This document shows, piece by piece, positions 51,819-64,000 of a stretch of DNA of 64,000 nt. A program made the translations under genes and the position numbers. The stretch's first letter is position 1; each line of letters begins with the position of its first letter. Source of the stretch: Eledone cirrhosa. Its lineage: Eukaryota. The notes below the pieces were generated by a model. It searched no databases, had not been told where the DNA came from, and saw only the letters and a program-made list of their open reading frames with translations. The DNA lies in contig OZ024743.1 in NCBI GenBank assembly GCA_964016885.1, forward strand, positions 271,064,001 through 271,128,000. Reading direction: 5' to 3'.

Positions 51819-52158
51819 GGAGGCACATGGCTTAGTGGTTAAAGCATTGGCCTTGCAATCGAAAGGTTGGGAGTTCAATTCTCAGACCGGGTGATGTGTT
51901 GTTTCCTTGAGCAAGACACTTTATTTCACATTGCTCCAGTTTACTCAGCTGTAGAAATGAGATGATAGGGACCCCAGTCCCTATCATTCCACTGTAAAGT
52001 TGTCGTGGAGGAGCCACGGCAAAAAAGCACCCAGCACTCACTGTAAATGAGGTTGGTGTTAGGAAGGGCATCCAGCTGTAGAAATCAAGCCAGAATCAGT
52101 TCCCGTCCCACCCTTGCAAGCAGGGAAAAGTGGACGTAAAATGATGATGATGATGATG
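51819..52158 (+). mobile_element. tRNA-head/CORE-like SINE with an RTE-derived tail
   Basis: A-box TGGCTTAGTGG, B-box GAGTTCAATTC and CORE-like tccttgagcaagacact. The 3' part matches the RTE 3'UTR and ends in (GAT)n. Confidence 0.85.
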
Positions 52159-52489
52159 AAGGTTAAATTAATACAAATACTTTCGCCCTGTTTTTACTAT
52201 ATTTCTAATGAAAGACACTGCCTATAGTTTTCAAATAATTTTTAAAATAATCAAGAATTTAAATGGATTTAGTAATATAGCTAACTTTTTCATTACTATG
52301 CCAGTATTTGGAACATAACAAATGTTCTTACATAAAACTATGATGGAAGGTTATTAGATAAATATAGATACACATTAAAATAATCAGTTTTGTATCACTG
52401 AGCCAGAGACAGTTTCATGCAGTTTGGTATTAAAAAGGTTAATATATATCATTGAATTCTGTGATATCATAAAATACGTTTACTAGGAT

Positions 52490-52900
52490 ATCACACAAAT
52501 ATTCATTGTGATATAACAGCATATGTTCACTAGCATGTGTTCACTGTGATATGAGTATATGTTCACTATGATATAAGAGTATATGTTCACTATGATATAA
52601 GAGTATATGTTCACTATGATATAAGAGTATATGTTCACTATGATATAAGAGTATATGTTCACTATGATATAAGAGTATATTTCGCTATGATATAAAAGTA
52701 TATATTCACTAGGATGTCACACATATGTTCACTGAGATATAGATTAGCATATGATTGCTTGGGTACAACACTTATTCACTATGGTAATGTATGTTCACAG
52801 AGGTACATCATGTTCACCAAGATATAGCACATCTTCACAGATGAATAGGATGTGATGCTTATGTTCACCAGAATATAACACTTGTTTACTGTGATAACAC
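52490..52900. repeat. 24-bp minisatellite (atgttcactatgatataagagtat)
   Basis: Perfect units at 52560-52680, degenerating outward. Confidence 0.9.
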
Positions 52901-53164
52901 ATGTTCAGATATATTGCCTGTGTTACCCAAGCTATAAAACTTTTAATCCTGACATAAAGACAGGATGGTCACAGCTGAAACATCTTTGATTATAGATCTA
53001 CTCAATCACTGGGGAATAAGGGTTAAACATCAACTCCCTTGCCCCACACATATCCTCTGTATATACCATATCTCCTCTCTATACACCACGTTTTCTATAT
53101 ACACCATGTCCTCTATATACAACACATGTCCTCTGTATACAACACATGTCTTCTGTATATGCCA

Positions 53165-56100
53165 CATCATCATCATCATCATCATCACCGTTTTACGTCC
53201 GTTCTTCCACGCTAGCATGGGTTAGACGGGTTGTCCTGTTGTGGGCAGTGTCTGGTCGGCTGACCATGCCTTGCTCATACAGGAACTGATTTGGCTTGAT
53301 TTCTACAGCTGGATGCCCTTCCTAACACCAACCTCATTTACAGTGAGTGCTGGGTGCTTATTTGTGGCGCCTACACGTCCACTTTACTGTGTGGGCTGGG
53401 TGCTTTTTTGCCGTGGCACCTCCACGACCACCTTGCAGTGGGGGGTGTGGGGGCATATTGTCTATATGCTTCAGCTTGTACCCATGGGAGGTCGGGTACT
53501 CTGTATTACTGCGTGACGCCAGAGGTCACGGTCGTGTGTCATCGCCTTTGAGAGGTGTAATTGGGTAAGGTCGGCTTTTATCACCTCATCCCAAGTCATC
53601 TTGGGTCTCCCCACTCCGCGGTTTCCACCAACTTCTAGTGCTCTGCACCTTTTTATGCAGCTGTCATCCTTCATACGCTTCACATGTCCATACCAACGCA
53701 ACCGCCTCTCCTGCATACAGCATTTGATTCCTCTTATGCTCAGTCTCTCTCTCAATTCATTTATACGTTCGCATATATTACTATTACACATCCATCGGAG
53801 CATGCAGGCTTCGTTTCTCTCTAATCTACATAAGTCTTCCACCTTCAGCGCCCAGGTCTCACTAGCATGCAACATCGCTGTTCGGATACACGCATCATAC
53901 AGTCTGCCTTTCATTTTGAGGGAGAAGCCTTTTGCAGCTAGCAGTGGTAGTAGTTCCCTAAACTTCTTCCATCCCAGCTATCATCCATCATACGCATCAC
54001 ATGTCCATACCAGCGCAACCGCCTCTCCTGCACACAGCATTTGATTCCGCTTATGCTCAGTCTCTCTCTCAATTCATTTATGCTTTGTCGTTCACGTATA
54101 TTACTATTACACATCCATCGGAGCATGCAGGCTTCATTTCTCTCTAATCTACGTAAGTCTTCCACCTTCAGCGCCCAGGTCTTACTACCATGCAACATTC
54201 GGTCACCTAGGTAGCAGAAGCTGTCTACTGTTTCTACAGAGCCCTCCAAGAGATTGGTGGTACTTGTTTCCTGTGGCTGTTTGCTGCTTGCTGTCCCAGC
54301 ACAGCTGCTGCATGTGAAGCCTACATTCTTAATTAAGCTTCCTGAGATCCCGCTACATCTCTTGTGTACCCATTGTTTGCATTTGGGGCAGAGAATGGAG
54401 TTCCTACCTACACCTTTCCTACATACTGAGCAAGGCTATTTCCCTGAGGGGATCTGTGTTGTTTTCTCATCTACTTACGAGGACCTTAGTCTTTGTCATG
54501 TTGACTTTGAGACCCTTTCTTTCTAGTCCCTGCTTCCAAGTTTGGAATTTATTCTCTAGTTCTACCATAGATTCAGCTATGAGTGCGAGGTCATCAGCAA
54601 ACAGGAGTTCCCATGGGCATCCGGTCTTAAACTCCTCCATTAGTGCCTGCAGGACTATGATGAACAGGAGGGGGCTAAGAACAGAGCCCTGGTGGACCCC
54701 AACCTGTACGCTAAATTCCTCGCTATACTCATTGCTAATCCTAACTTTTCTGACTGCTCCTCTATACATGGCTTGTACCACTTTCACAAGCCATTCATCT
54801 ACTCCTAGTTTTCTAAGAGCCCACCAGATTACAGCACGTGGAACTCTGTCAAAGGCTTTCTCAAGGTCGACAAATGCCAAGTAGAGTGGCTTACTTTTAG
54901 CTAGGTACTTTTCCTGTAACTGCCTCACAAGGAAGAGGGCATCAGTGGTGCCTCTTCCTGGTACAAACCCAAATTGCATCTCGTCTATTTTCACCCGGTC
55001 CCTAATCAACTGTGCTATAACTCTTTCTGTTACTTTCATGACCTGGTCCATCAACTTTATACCTCTATAGTTTCCTCTATCTAGTGCATCACCTTTACCT
55101 TTGTAGCAGTTGACAATGATGCTACTGCACCAATCTTTTGGTATGACACCTTCTAGTATTACCTGGTTAACAATACGTGTGGTTATAGTGTGACCTACAG
55201 ACCCAGATGCCTTCAGCATCTCGGCAGCTATACCCGATGGACCGGTTGCCTTCCCCATCTTCATATCTTTGATTGCCTTACTTACTACATTGCTGCTGAC
55301 TTGTACTGCTGGCTCCTCTATAGGGTCTACTTGGGGTAGGGTCTCTTCTTCCCATGCATTCTCCTCATTTAGTAATCTATCATAATGACTCTTCCATGCA
55401 TCTTTCTTCTCAGCACTTGTGAGAGCAAGCTCACCTTTATCATTCCGGATACACTTCTCTCCAATGACATCACAACTATCTCTGACACACTGCCTCGCAA
55501 TCTTGAACACCTCCTGTTTCTGGTCCTCACGTTGCAAAACATGCTTGAATTTTCTATCCTCTGCTTCCCTCCTAGCTAAGTATACTTGTCGCCTAGCTTC
55601 TCTCTTGGTCTCTATGTAATGTACCCTGCTCCCCCCGTTCTTCCATTCTTTCCATGCCTGTCTCTTGGCCTTAACTGCCTCATCTACCTTATTTTTCTAC
55701 CACCAAGTCACTCTCCTCCTGCTTGTGGTCTTACTCCAGCCACAGACCTCATCTGTCGCCTCTAATAAGTTATTTTTTAGGAACTCCCAGTTCTCTTCTA
55801 CATTGAATGTCTCTATCTGTTCTTCTTTACTGTCGTAGGCGTTGAGTAAAATATCTTTAAATCTGTTACTGTCTGAGGGGTCTTTCAGCTTCCAGATCTT
55901 TCTTCTCCAGGTTGGCCTCTGTTTCCAGGTTTGTCTAGTTCTGACTGTGAGGTCGCTGACAACTAAGCTATGTTGGGAGGTACATTCCTCACTAGGGAAG
56001 GCTTTTGTGTTTACGACCGTCCTTCTGTCACGTCCTCTGATGAGGATAAAATCTATCTGACTAGAATGCTCCCCTGATCTATAGGTGATCAGGTGGTTGT

Positions 56101-56901
56101 CGGGTTTTTTGAAGTTTGTGTTACATATCGACATGTCATTGGCGTCGCAGAATTCTAGAAGTCTGAATCCTTCTTCATTTCTTGTGCCAACCCCATGGCT
56201 TCCATGTACTCTATTGAAGCCATCGCAGTGTTTACCTACGTGTCCGTTAAAATCTCCTGCGATGATTAGGAAGTCATTGTCGTCTGTTAGAGCAGTAGTG
56301 TGCATTAGGGACTCGTAAAACCTATCCTTAAGTTCGTCTGGCAGCCCCGATTGGGGTGCGTAAGCTGATATTATTGTGGTAATTGTTTTATTCAGGACTA
56401 GTCTGAGTTTAATGATTCTTGCATTTACCCTGTACACTGAGATTACTTTATCTACCCATTTGTCAGCTAGTATACCTACACTACCCATCCCATCGTCATT
56501 TCCCACCCAGAAAAATTTGTAGCACCGACTTTTTCCTACAAGGACTCTGGCAGACTCTCCTCTCCATCTAGTCTCTTGCACACAGCATACATCAATTTCC
56601 TTTCGCTCTAGCATTTCTACGATTTCTCCTGCTCTTCCTTTCATTGAGCCTACATTGATGGTACCAACTCAGAGTTTTGGGCATTTGTCGACACTTGTAG
56701 GGAAGGGTCTCTGGTTTGGCGCTTCACATGGGTGCTTGGTAACTCGCAGATTCATATTTCATCTATTGATTCAGAGTTGCTCAAATTTATTCTCAGCTCA
56801 TCCATCCATAACGGTGGGAAAATTGAGGGCTAGAAGAACAGTGGTGGTGGGATAATGGCAGGGTGTGTTGGGCTGCGACAGGGGAGGAGAGAGTTAGTTA
56901 G

Positions 56902-56932
<31 letters not shown>

Positions 56933-57386
56933 CAGCAGAAGAAATGGCATGCTGAGGTTTGATTGGTCGAATAGGCTATGGTGGTGTGAGGGGGTGGGTG
57001 GGAGGGAAATTGTGAGGTAGGCACTGAGGGTCGCCGTCAAGGCTAACTAACTAACCGATAGAATAGAATACCGCGTGGCAAATAGCCGATATAATACAGC
57101 AACAACAATAATAATAATAGCGTCATAAGAGCTAAATACCTTCGAAAAATTTGTATGGATGGGTGGCTGGAATGAATCCAGATCAACTCTAGTGATTCAT
57201 TTTAGCCGATAGGATAGAGTGTCTTATCTCTTCAATAGCTTCAAGATGAGTGAGGTGGAATGGGCGAAAGGGGAACGGGAGGTAATGGATGGCTTAGAGA
57301 TAGATAGAGATAGGGTAGCCATCATAGAGAGAGATAGAGAGGGGGGGGTTGCCGTCAAGGCTAACAAACTAACTAACCGATAGAAT
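53165..57386 (-). mobile_element. Near full-length RTE-clade LINE (5'UTR, APE endonuclease, RT, PHD-like finger, 3'UTR, (GAT)n tail); inactivated
   Basis: APE motifs GTINV, VQETRW, GDFNGH, SQIDF and QH (55697-56680). RT motifs NYRGIKL, FVDLEKAFD, QGSVLSPLLF and FADDL (54467-55537). An in-frame TAG at 55697-55699 separates the two. Confidence 0.96.
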
Positions 57387-58200
57387 ATGTCTTCTATATA
57401 CACCACATGTCCTCTATATACACCACATGTCTTCTATATACATCACATGTCTTCTATATACACCACATGTCTTCTCTATGCACCACATGTCTTCTCTATA
57501 CACCACATGTCTTCTATATGCACCACATCTCTTCTATATATTCCACTTGTCTTCTATATATGCCACATGTCCTTTAGATACATTGTTTTCTTTATATGCC
57601 ACATGTCTTCTATATACACCGCATGTCCTCCCTCTACACTACATGTCCTCTATGTACATCACGTTTGCTATATACATTGCATATCCTCTATATACACCAT
57701 ACGTCCTCTCTATATATGCCACATATACATGCCACATGTCCTCTATATACGCCACATATCCTCTCTCTATGCCACATGTCCTCTCTCTACGCCACATGTC
57801 CTCTCTCTACACTACATATCTTCTATATACATCACACGTCTTCTATATACACCACACGTTTTCTATATACACCACATGTCTTCTATATACACCACAAGTC
57901 TTCTATATACACCACAAGTCTTCTATATACACCACGTCTTCTATATACACCACATGTCTTATGTATACATCACGTCTTCTATATACACCACGTCCTCTAT
58001 ATACACCTCATATCTTATATATACACCACGTCTTATGTATACATCACGTCTTCTATATATGCCACATGTCCTCTATATACGCCACATGTCCTCTATATAC
58101 ACCACATGCCCTCCCTCTACACTACATATCCTCTATTTACATCACGTCTTCTATATACACCACATGTCTTCTATATACACCACATGTCTTCTATATATGT
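57387..58200. repeat. ~20-bp minisatellite (atatacaccacatgtcttct); its left part lies at ~53045-53167, split off by the LINE
   Basis: The same unit occurs on both sides of the LINE. It explains the ORFs at 57387, 57427 and 57596. Confidence 0.93.
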
Positions 58201-58249
58201 TATATTTCCACCTTTGTTGTTAATTTGTTCCAATCCAATCTTCTTTCAG

Positions 58250-58397
58250 GAAGCTACGTACTGTGCTCACCAACCGGATTCTCAAATTCTTCATCGAGAA
58301 ATCCAAAAAAGATGTGGAAACCTACATGAGGTTCTATGAAGACTATGGACTGTTCTTCCGTGAAGGCATTGTCACAACAACTGAACAGGATCAGAGA
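58250..58397 (+). CDS. TRAP1: TRAP1 exon: [49 protein letters not shown]
   Basis: [14 protein letters not shown] motif; boundaries tttcag| and |gtatgg. Confidence 0.97.
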
Positions 58398-59369
58398 GTA
58401 TGGCTGGGTTTTGTTTGTTTTTCATTAATGTTCTAATGTGGGTTGGATGGACATGTAATTCTTTGAAAATAAATGCCACTGATGTTTCTTCCCACTAAAC
58501 ATTCATAGCAATTTTTAAATGCTTTGAAAAGAATAAGGTGACTACTGTTTAACCCTCAGTGTAAAAACAAAATATCAACAAAATTATTCCCTCTAAAATT
58601 GCTAGCCTTGTGCCTCAATCAATAAGCATTAATATTATTATATTGGCAATATTGGAACAATGTCGGACATGCTTTGCGGTATAGAGTTACGTCCCTTTAC
58701 GTTCTGAGTTCAAATCCCGCCGAGGTTAGCTTTGCCTTTCATCATGACAAGATCGATAAAATAACTACCAGTAATGCACTTAGGTCGATTTAATCGACTT
58801 TTCCCTCCCCCTGAAATTGTTGGCCTTATGCCTAAATCAGAAACCATTATTATTTCATTGTTGAGCTTTTCTATAATTCACATCTACAACTATTTTAGTT
58901 TTGCTACCTCCAGTACCAATAAATATGAGTACTGAAGGAACTTCTAGAAATAACAGCTAATTTTCCTTCAAATCACATCCTATTATCCCAAGAATAAGGA
59001 GAACACATTGGATAATATAGTCCTAGATACCCTTTAATAGATGAAATAGTCATGGCTACTGGAATACATTTGATCATAGGGTCTGTTCAATAATGATTGA
59101 CCTAGGTTTAAACAACAAAAAGAGAATGGAGCCAATCATCAGATCGGACCACAGAAACAATGTCACCATTGATCTTTCTATCTGTATACTACTTTTGACT
59201 TAATATTGCTCTGGATATTGTCTATTGAGCTAATTTATTGAGAAGCACATAATTCAAACATATTTAATATGTTACATTTGTATATATGTATAAATGAACT
59301 ATGTTGAGCCTCTGCCATTTAAACTAGTTATATATACCTAATTATTGTTTCATCTTGTTCCTTCTATAG

Positions 59370-59497
59370 GAAGAAGTTGCAAAACTCCTGCGTTTTGAGT
59401 CTTCAAAATGTGAAGCAGGTGAGAAGGTCAGTCTGGAGGAATACGGTAGTCGGATGAAAGCTGGTTCCCGGAATATATATTATTTGTCAGCACCTAG
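59370..59497 (+). CDS. TRAP1: TRAP1 exon: [43 protein letters not shown]
   Basis: AKLLRxESS and SLxEYxSRM..NIYYL motifs; boundaries tatag| and |gtgagt. Confidence 0.97.
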
Positions 59498-59529
59498 GTG
59501 AGTGTTTTTCTATTGATCCAAATAATTGT

Positions 59530-59880
59530 TATCAGAATCACCATTGTCATAATCATCATCGTCATCATTGTCATCACTACCATTGTCGTCATCATTATCA
59601 TCACCATTGTCATCATCATCACCGTCATTATTGTCATCATCATCACCGTCATCATTGTCATCATCATCATTGTCATCATCACTACCACCATTGTCATCAT
59701 CACCATCATCAGTCATCATCACCTCCATTGTTGTCATCGTTATTATCATCATCACCATCACCGTCATTTACATCATCATCACCATTATTGTCATCATTGT
59801 TATCATCAACATCCTCATCATAATTATCACTACCACCAATTTGTCATCATCACCACTATCAGCATCATCATCCTCATCAT
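59530..59880. repeat. (CAT)-rich low-complexity tract
   Basis: Direct inspection. Confidence 0.9.
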
Positions 59881-61697
59881 TAAGTATTAGTATACATAGC
59901 ATGAGCAATCATTGTCTTCCATGTAACATGATAAACTGTTGTTTCATCTGATGGAAACATCAACCAAATCTATTTCTTTCCTATCATACCCTGGTCTGTA
60001 AAGAAGAGAAAAGCTACATTGAATAGTGTACTCCAAGATACACTGTCTGAAAAAAAAAATATAAGACAAAATCATCATTGTTGAAACATATATATATAAT
60101 AATGAAAATTGTTGTGTACAGTGCTCGGGTGCACTACAACTCATCAAAGGTGCATGTATAGTACATAGAGTAATATATGCAAGTCAGGAAAGTGAACAGT
60201 GTATGAGTCATGATATACACATACATGTGTGTGTGTGTATGGAGGGGGAATATCAGGTGTAGTGTTGGCGAATTTCAGGAAGTTTTGAAGGATCTTTTAT
60301 CATAGGTCTGTTTTACTTTCCTGACATCTGTTTAACCAGAGTTGACCATCAACAATCACCACCTTCTTTCCATGAGCCAATGCAAGAGTTTCCATGCAGC
60401 GACTTAAGCTGCTAATGATAGCAGCAAACTCTCCATCAAATCACACAATATCCTCCTCCTCATCATCATCATCATCATCATTATTTGATGTTTATTGCCC
60501 ATGCTTGCCTGGGATAGGGGTTAGAGGGGTTGTCACTGACTGAGGATACACAGATTAGTGTCTCACTCATATATTCCATTTTTGGCATGGTTTCTAAGGC
60601 TAGATGTCCTTCCTAATGCCAACCACTTCACAGCATCTGCCCAGGTTTGTTTTCTCTTGGCACCAGCACTAACATCTGACAGGATGGACAGGGTACTTTT
60701 TTCATGGTACCAGTGCTACCACTTTCCTATGTAGGCTGAGTGTATTTTATTGTGGAACCAGCACTACCACATTTCAACACTAGGGCACTTGTATCTTTGA
60801 CCAGCCTGGGATGGCAGTAATAAAGAATGGCCTTAAGGGAAATGAGTGACATCTGGCAGTATTGTCGGGTGCATCTTAATAAAACTCATCATACTCAGGT
60901 GTCCATTCATCACCTCTACAATGATATCTTCCTTGGTTATGGAGGGCTAAGGTATTGTATCTTACTTTGATCACCTATTCAGGTGGTACAGTAAATTCAG
61001 GGCCACTGCTGGCATTTTGTGATATTTCTTGTAAGAACACTTTATCCACATACCATAGTTCACCTCAGTTATTGATTGGAAGTAGGTCACAGATCATTGG
61101 AGATGTTAAGCTAATAGAAACAACTATTCTGTCCAGGAAGGGATGAATCTCTTATTATATCTCATTTTGGAGCTCTTGGTAAAACAGGATGCAGACCTCA
61201 CCAGCCTGAGAGGTCAGTAGCTCCACTTGAGTACTGACTCAGTCTGTGATTACCTGCCCATCTTTGTTAGTTTAGAAAAAGGATGTTAAATGATGATGAT
61301 GATGTGAAGGTGAATGGCCTAGTGGTTGGGGTGTAGGACTCTCAATTATAAGATTGTGATTTTGATTCCCAGACCAGGTGGCCTGTTGTGTTCTTGATTA
61401 AGACACTTTATTTGATAGGACTGGAGCCCTTGTCATCAAAACATCCAAGAAACCTTCTATTCTAAGAATCGTTGTTGGAGGCCAGCTAAATGCCCATAGG
61501 TGTGAGCTGTAAATTTGATTTTGTATTATATACCTTTCAAACAGCTCCAGTTTTGTGTTGTTCTGATTGAGATGAGGAATGTTATAGCCTTTTACAGCCT
61601 GGAACTTTTGAGGAGATAAAATTGATAGGGGAAAATTGTTTGCTGATCTAATTGGATATTCTTTTTTATTCAATGTGTATTTATGTTTATCTTTTAG

Positions 61698-61888
61698 CCG
61701 AGAACTGGCTATGACTTCCCCTTACTTTGAAGCTCTTCAGAAGAAAGACACAGAAGTTTTATTCCTTTATGAACCTTACGATGAATTGGTCCTTATGAAT
61801 CTTGGTCAGTTTGACCGCAAGAACCTGAAGTCAGTTGAAAATGAGATCCAGGATGACAAGGAAGATACCGATGCTGTAGACGAAAGTG
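61698..61888 (+). CDS. TRAP1: TRAP1 exon: RELAMTSPYFEALQKKDTEVLFLYEPYDELVLMNLGQFDRKNLKSVENEIQDDKEDTDAVDES
   Basis: SPYxE..EVLF..DE motif; boundaries ttttag| and |gtaagc. Confidence 0.97.
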
Positions 61889-63690
61889 GTAAGCTAAGCT
61901 TTCCAGAAATATTTTAGAATATGATAAAATGCTTCCAGTGCACTCTGTAGAGTGTAGGACTGTATGTAAGCAAGCCCCTGGCCCATTTGAGAGGTCAATA
62001 GCTCTGATTAAATACTGACTTAGTCTGTGACGACCAGTCCAACCGTTGCTAACAGGAAAGAGAAACATTAAATGATGAAGAACATGGTTGATTGAAGAAT
62101 TCTGTGCTGTAATTTGGGTGTTTACTAAACATTACAAATAAAATAATCCATATATGGCTTCTACCATAACCTCATGTTGACTCAAGCCATATGAATAAAA
62201 TTTGGTGGACAGAAAAGCACCCAGCCCACACTGTAAAGTAGACGTGTAGGTGTCATGACAAAAAACACCGTCTACACAGTAAAGTGGTTGTGTAGATGAC
62301 ACAACAAAAAGCACCCAGTACTTACATTAAATGAGGTTGGCGTTAGGAAGAGCATCCAGCTGTTGAAACCAAGCCAAAATTAGTTCTGTATGAGCATGAT
62401 CACCTGACCTAGCATTGCCCACAAAGGGACAACTCGTCTAACCCATGCTATTGTGAAAGAATGGATGTAAAATGGTGATGATGATCATGAAAAACTGTCG
62501 AATGGACTGTACTGATTCTTGGGGCAGTATTGGTATATTTTCTGCAGCCTTTTCTATTATGAATAATTTACAGTCTGTACCCATCATCATTTAGTGTCCG
62601 CTTTCCCTGCTAGCAAGGGTTAGATAGGTCTACATAGACCAAGACAGTATTGAATCAGGGCTGACCTCTCAGACAGACCATCAGGTCTTACATTCTATTG
62701 AGTGCACAGGAGCTGTTGTCATGTCTTTGACACAGATGAAGGGTCCTCCCAAACCTTTGTTTGGCAAGCTTTCTATGGTTGGATTCCCTTCCTATCCTCA
62801 ACCACTTTACAGCATTTACTGGGTGCATATATTATTTAGATCACCAAAACTTGAGAGGTTGTTGCACCATGACATAACTGAAGGGTCCTCTCAACCTTGT
62901 TTTTTTTTTTGTAAGATTCTTGATATGATATTGTGTATGGAAATGTTATAGTTGCGATCCTCTGTGCCTCCTCTTCGTTCTGGTCTTATTTTACCTACTC
63001 CTTGTCTTTCTGTCAGTATTCAACAGTCTCATATTTCCAACACATTCTTTCCCATTTTCGCTCCTCTCCTTCTCTCTTTCTCCTTCTCTTCTTGTCTCTT
63101 TCACTCTCATTGCAGTCTTTAAAGAGTTGTCTCCCTTACTTTCTACACTGTTTTTATGGCCAAGTTCCTTATTTAGCGCCCTGCCAACATTACTTAAACA
63201 GACATGTGATCGAAGTCGTACCAGCCGTGAACATCAATGAGGGTGGGTGGAATTAAACTTGTTGTTGGTGATGATGATTATTATGGTAGGAACTTAATGA
63301 TACATACATCAGATGTGAAAATAGATAGTTGTTGATACTGATGTTTCTAGTTAACCCTTTAGCATTTAAACCAGCCGTATCCGGCCAGAATTCTCTCACC
63401 TCTTTCCGTTCAAACCAGCCATAACTGGCCACTAATACTGATGTTAAGGTATTGTTCTCAAAATAAATAATATCAAAATCTCATAGATTCGATATTATGT
63501 GAGAGAGTTATTTGAGATAAAGCCTTTACCATGAAAATAAAATAGTAAATACAGGGTAATGTAAATGATAAAGGGTTATTGTACATGTTATTGTTAGTAT
63601 TGTTGATGTTTCTAGATGATGATGATAATATTATTGTTATTTGTTGATGTTATTGTTGAAGCTGTTGTTGATGTTGTTGTTGTTAACCAG

Positions 63691-63776
63691 ATAGCAACAG
63701 TCTACGACAAGAGGAAGCAACAGAATTAGTTTCCTGGATCAAGACAACCCTGACTAACAAAGTGAACAATGTGAAG
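63691..63776 (+). CDS. TRAP1: TRAP1 exon: DSNSLRQEEATELVSWIKTTLTNKVNNVK (gene continues beyond the window)
   Basis: In phase with the previous exon; start of the C-terminal domain; boundaries accag| and |gtgagt. Confidence 0.93.
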
Positions 63777-64000
63777 GTGAGTCTAATCTATATTTCTGTT
63801 TTCTATCTTGTCAAACCATTTTTATTATTATTATTGTCATTATTACTGTGGATTGGCAGAATCGGTAGAGCGTCGGACAACATGCTTAGTGACATAGTTA
63901 CGGCCCTTTATGACCTAAGTTCAAATCCCGCTGAGGTTAACTTTGCCTTTCATTCTCACGGGGGTCAATAAAATAAAGTACCAGTCATGCACTGGGGTCG

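Noticed and set aside
57387-58339. 247-300 aa His/Tyr-rich ORFs
   Set aside because: Products of a 20-bp minisatellite. The real exon at 58250 is defined by its splice sites and homology.

Overview
This is AT-rich, microsatellite-dense animal genomic DNA. Its SINE, RTE-LINE and microsatellite make-up suggests an octopod cephalopod, which is an inference. The one host protein-coding gene I can support is the mitochondrial Hsp90 paralogue TRAP1 (Hsp75) on the + strand. It has 13 consecutive GT-AG exons from 20526 to 63776 with matching phases and continues past the window; I could not place its N-terminal exon(s). Nearly all other long ORFs in the track are repeat artefacts or transposon remnants. 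The introns and upstream region hold a near full-length RTE-clade LINE (APE endonuclease, RT and an embedded PHD-like finger) and many truncated copies of it. They also hold tRNA-derived SINEs (including a head-to-tail array and a CORE-type SINE with the RTE tail), piggyBac-like, mariner and pogo-like MITEs, and many minisatellites. The most notable observations are: (1) a very young non-autonomous Gypsy-like LTR element nested in a LINE, with TG...AA termini and a deleted Trp-like PBS; (2) an identical stop/frameshift site shared by two separate RTE copies; (3) two minimal hammerhead ribozyme motifs; (4) several inverted retroelement pairs that could form dsRNA or favour circRNA. Coordinates were counted by hand, so repeat boundaries are approximate.
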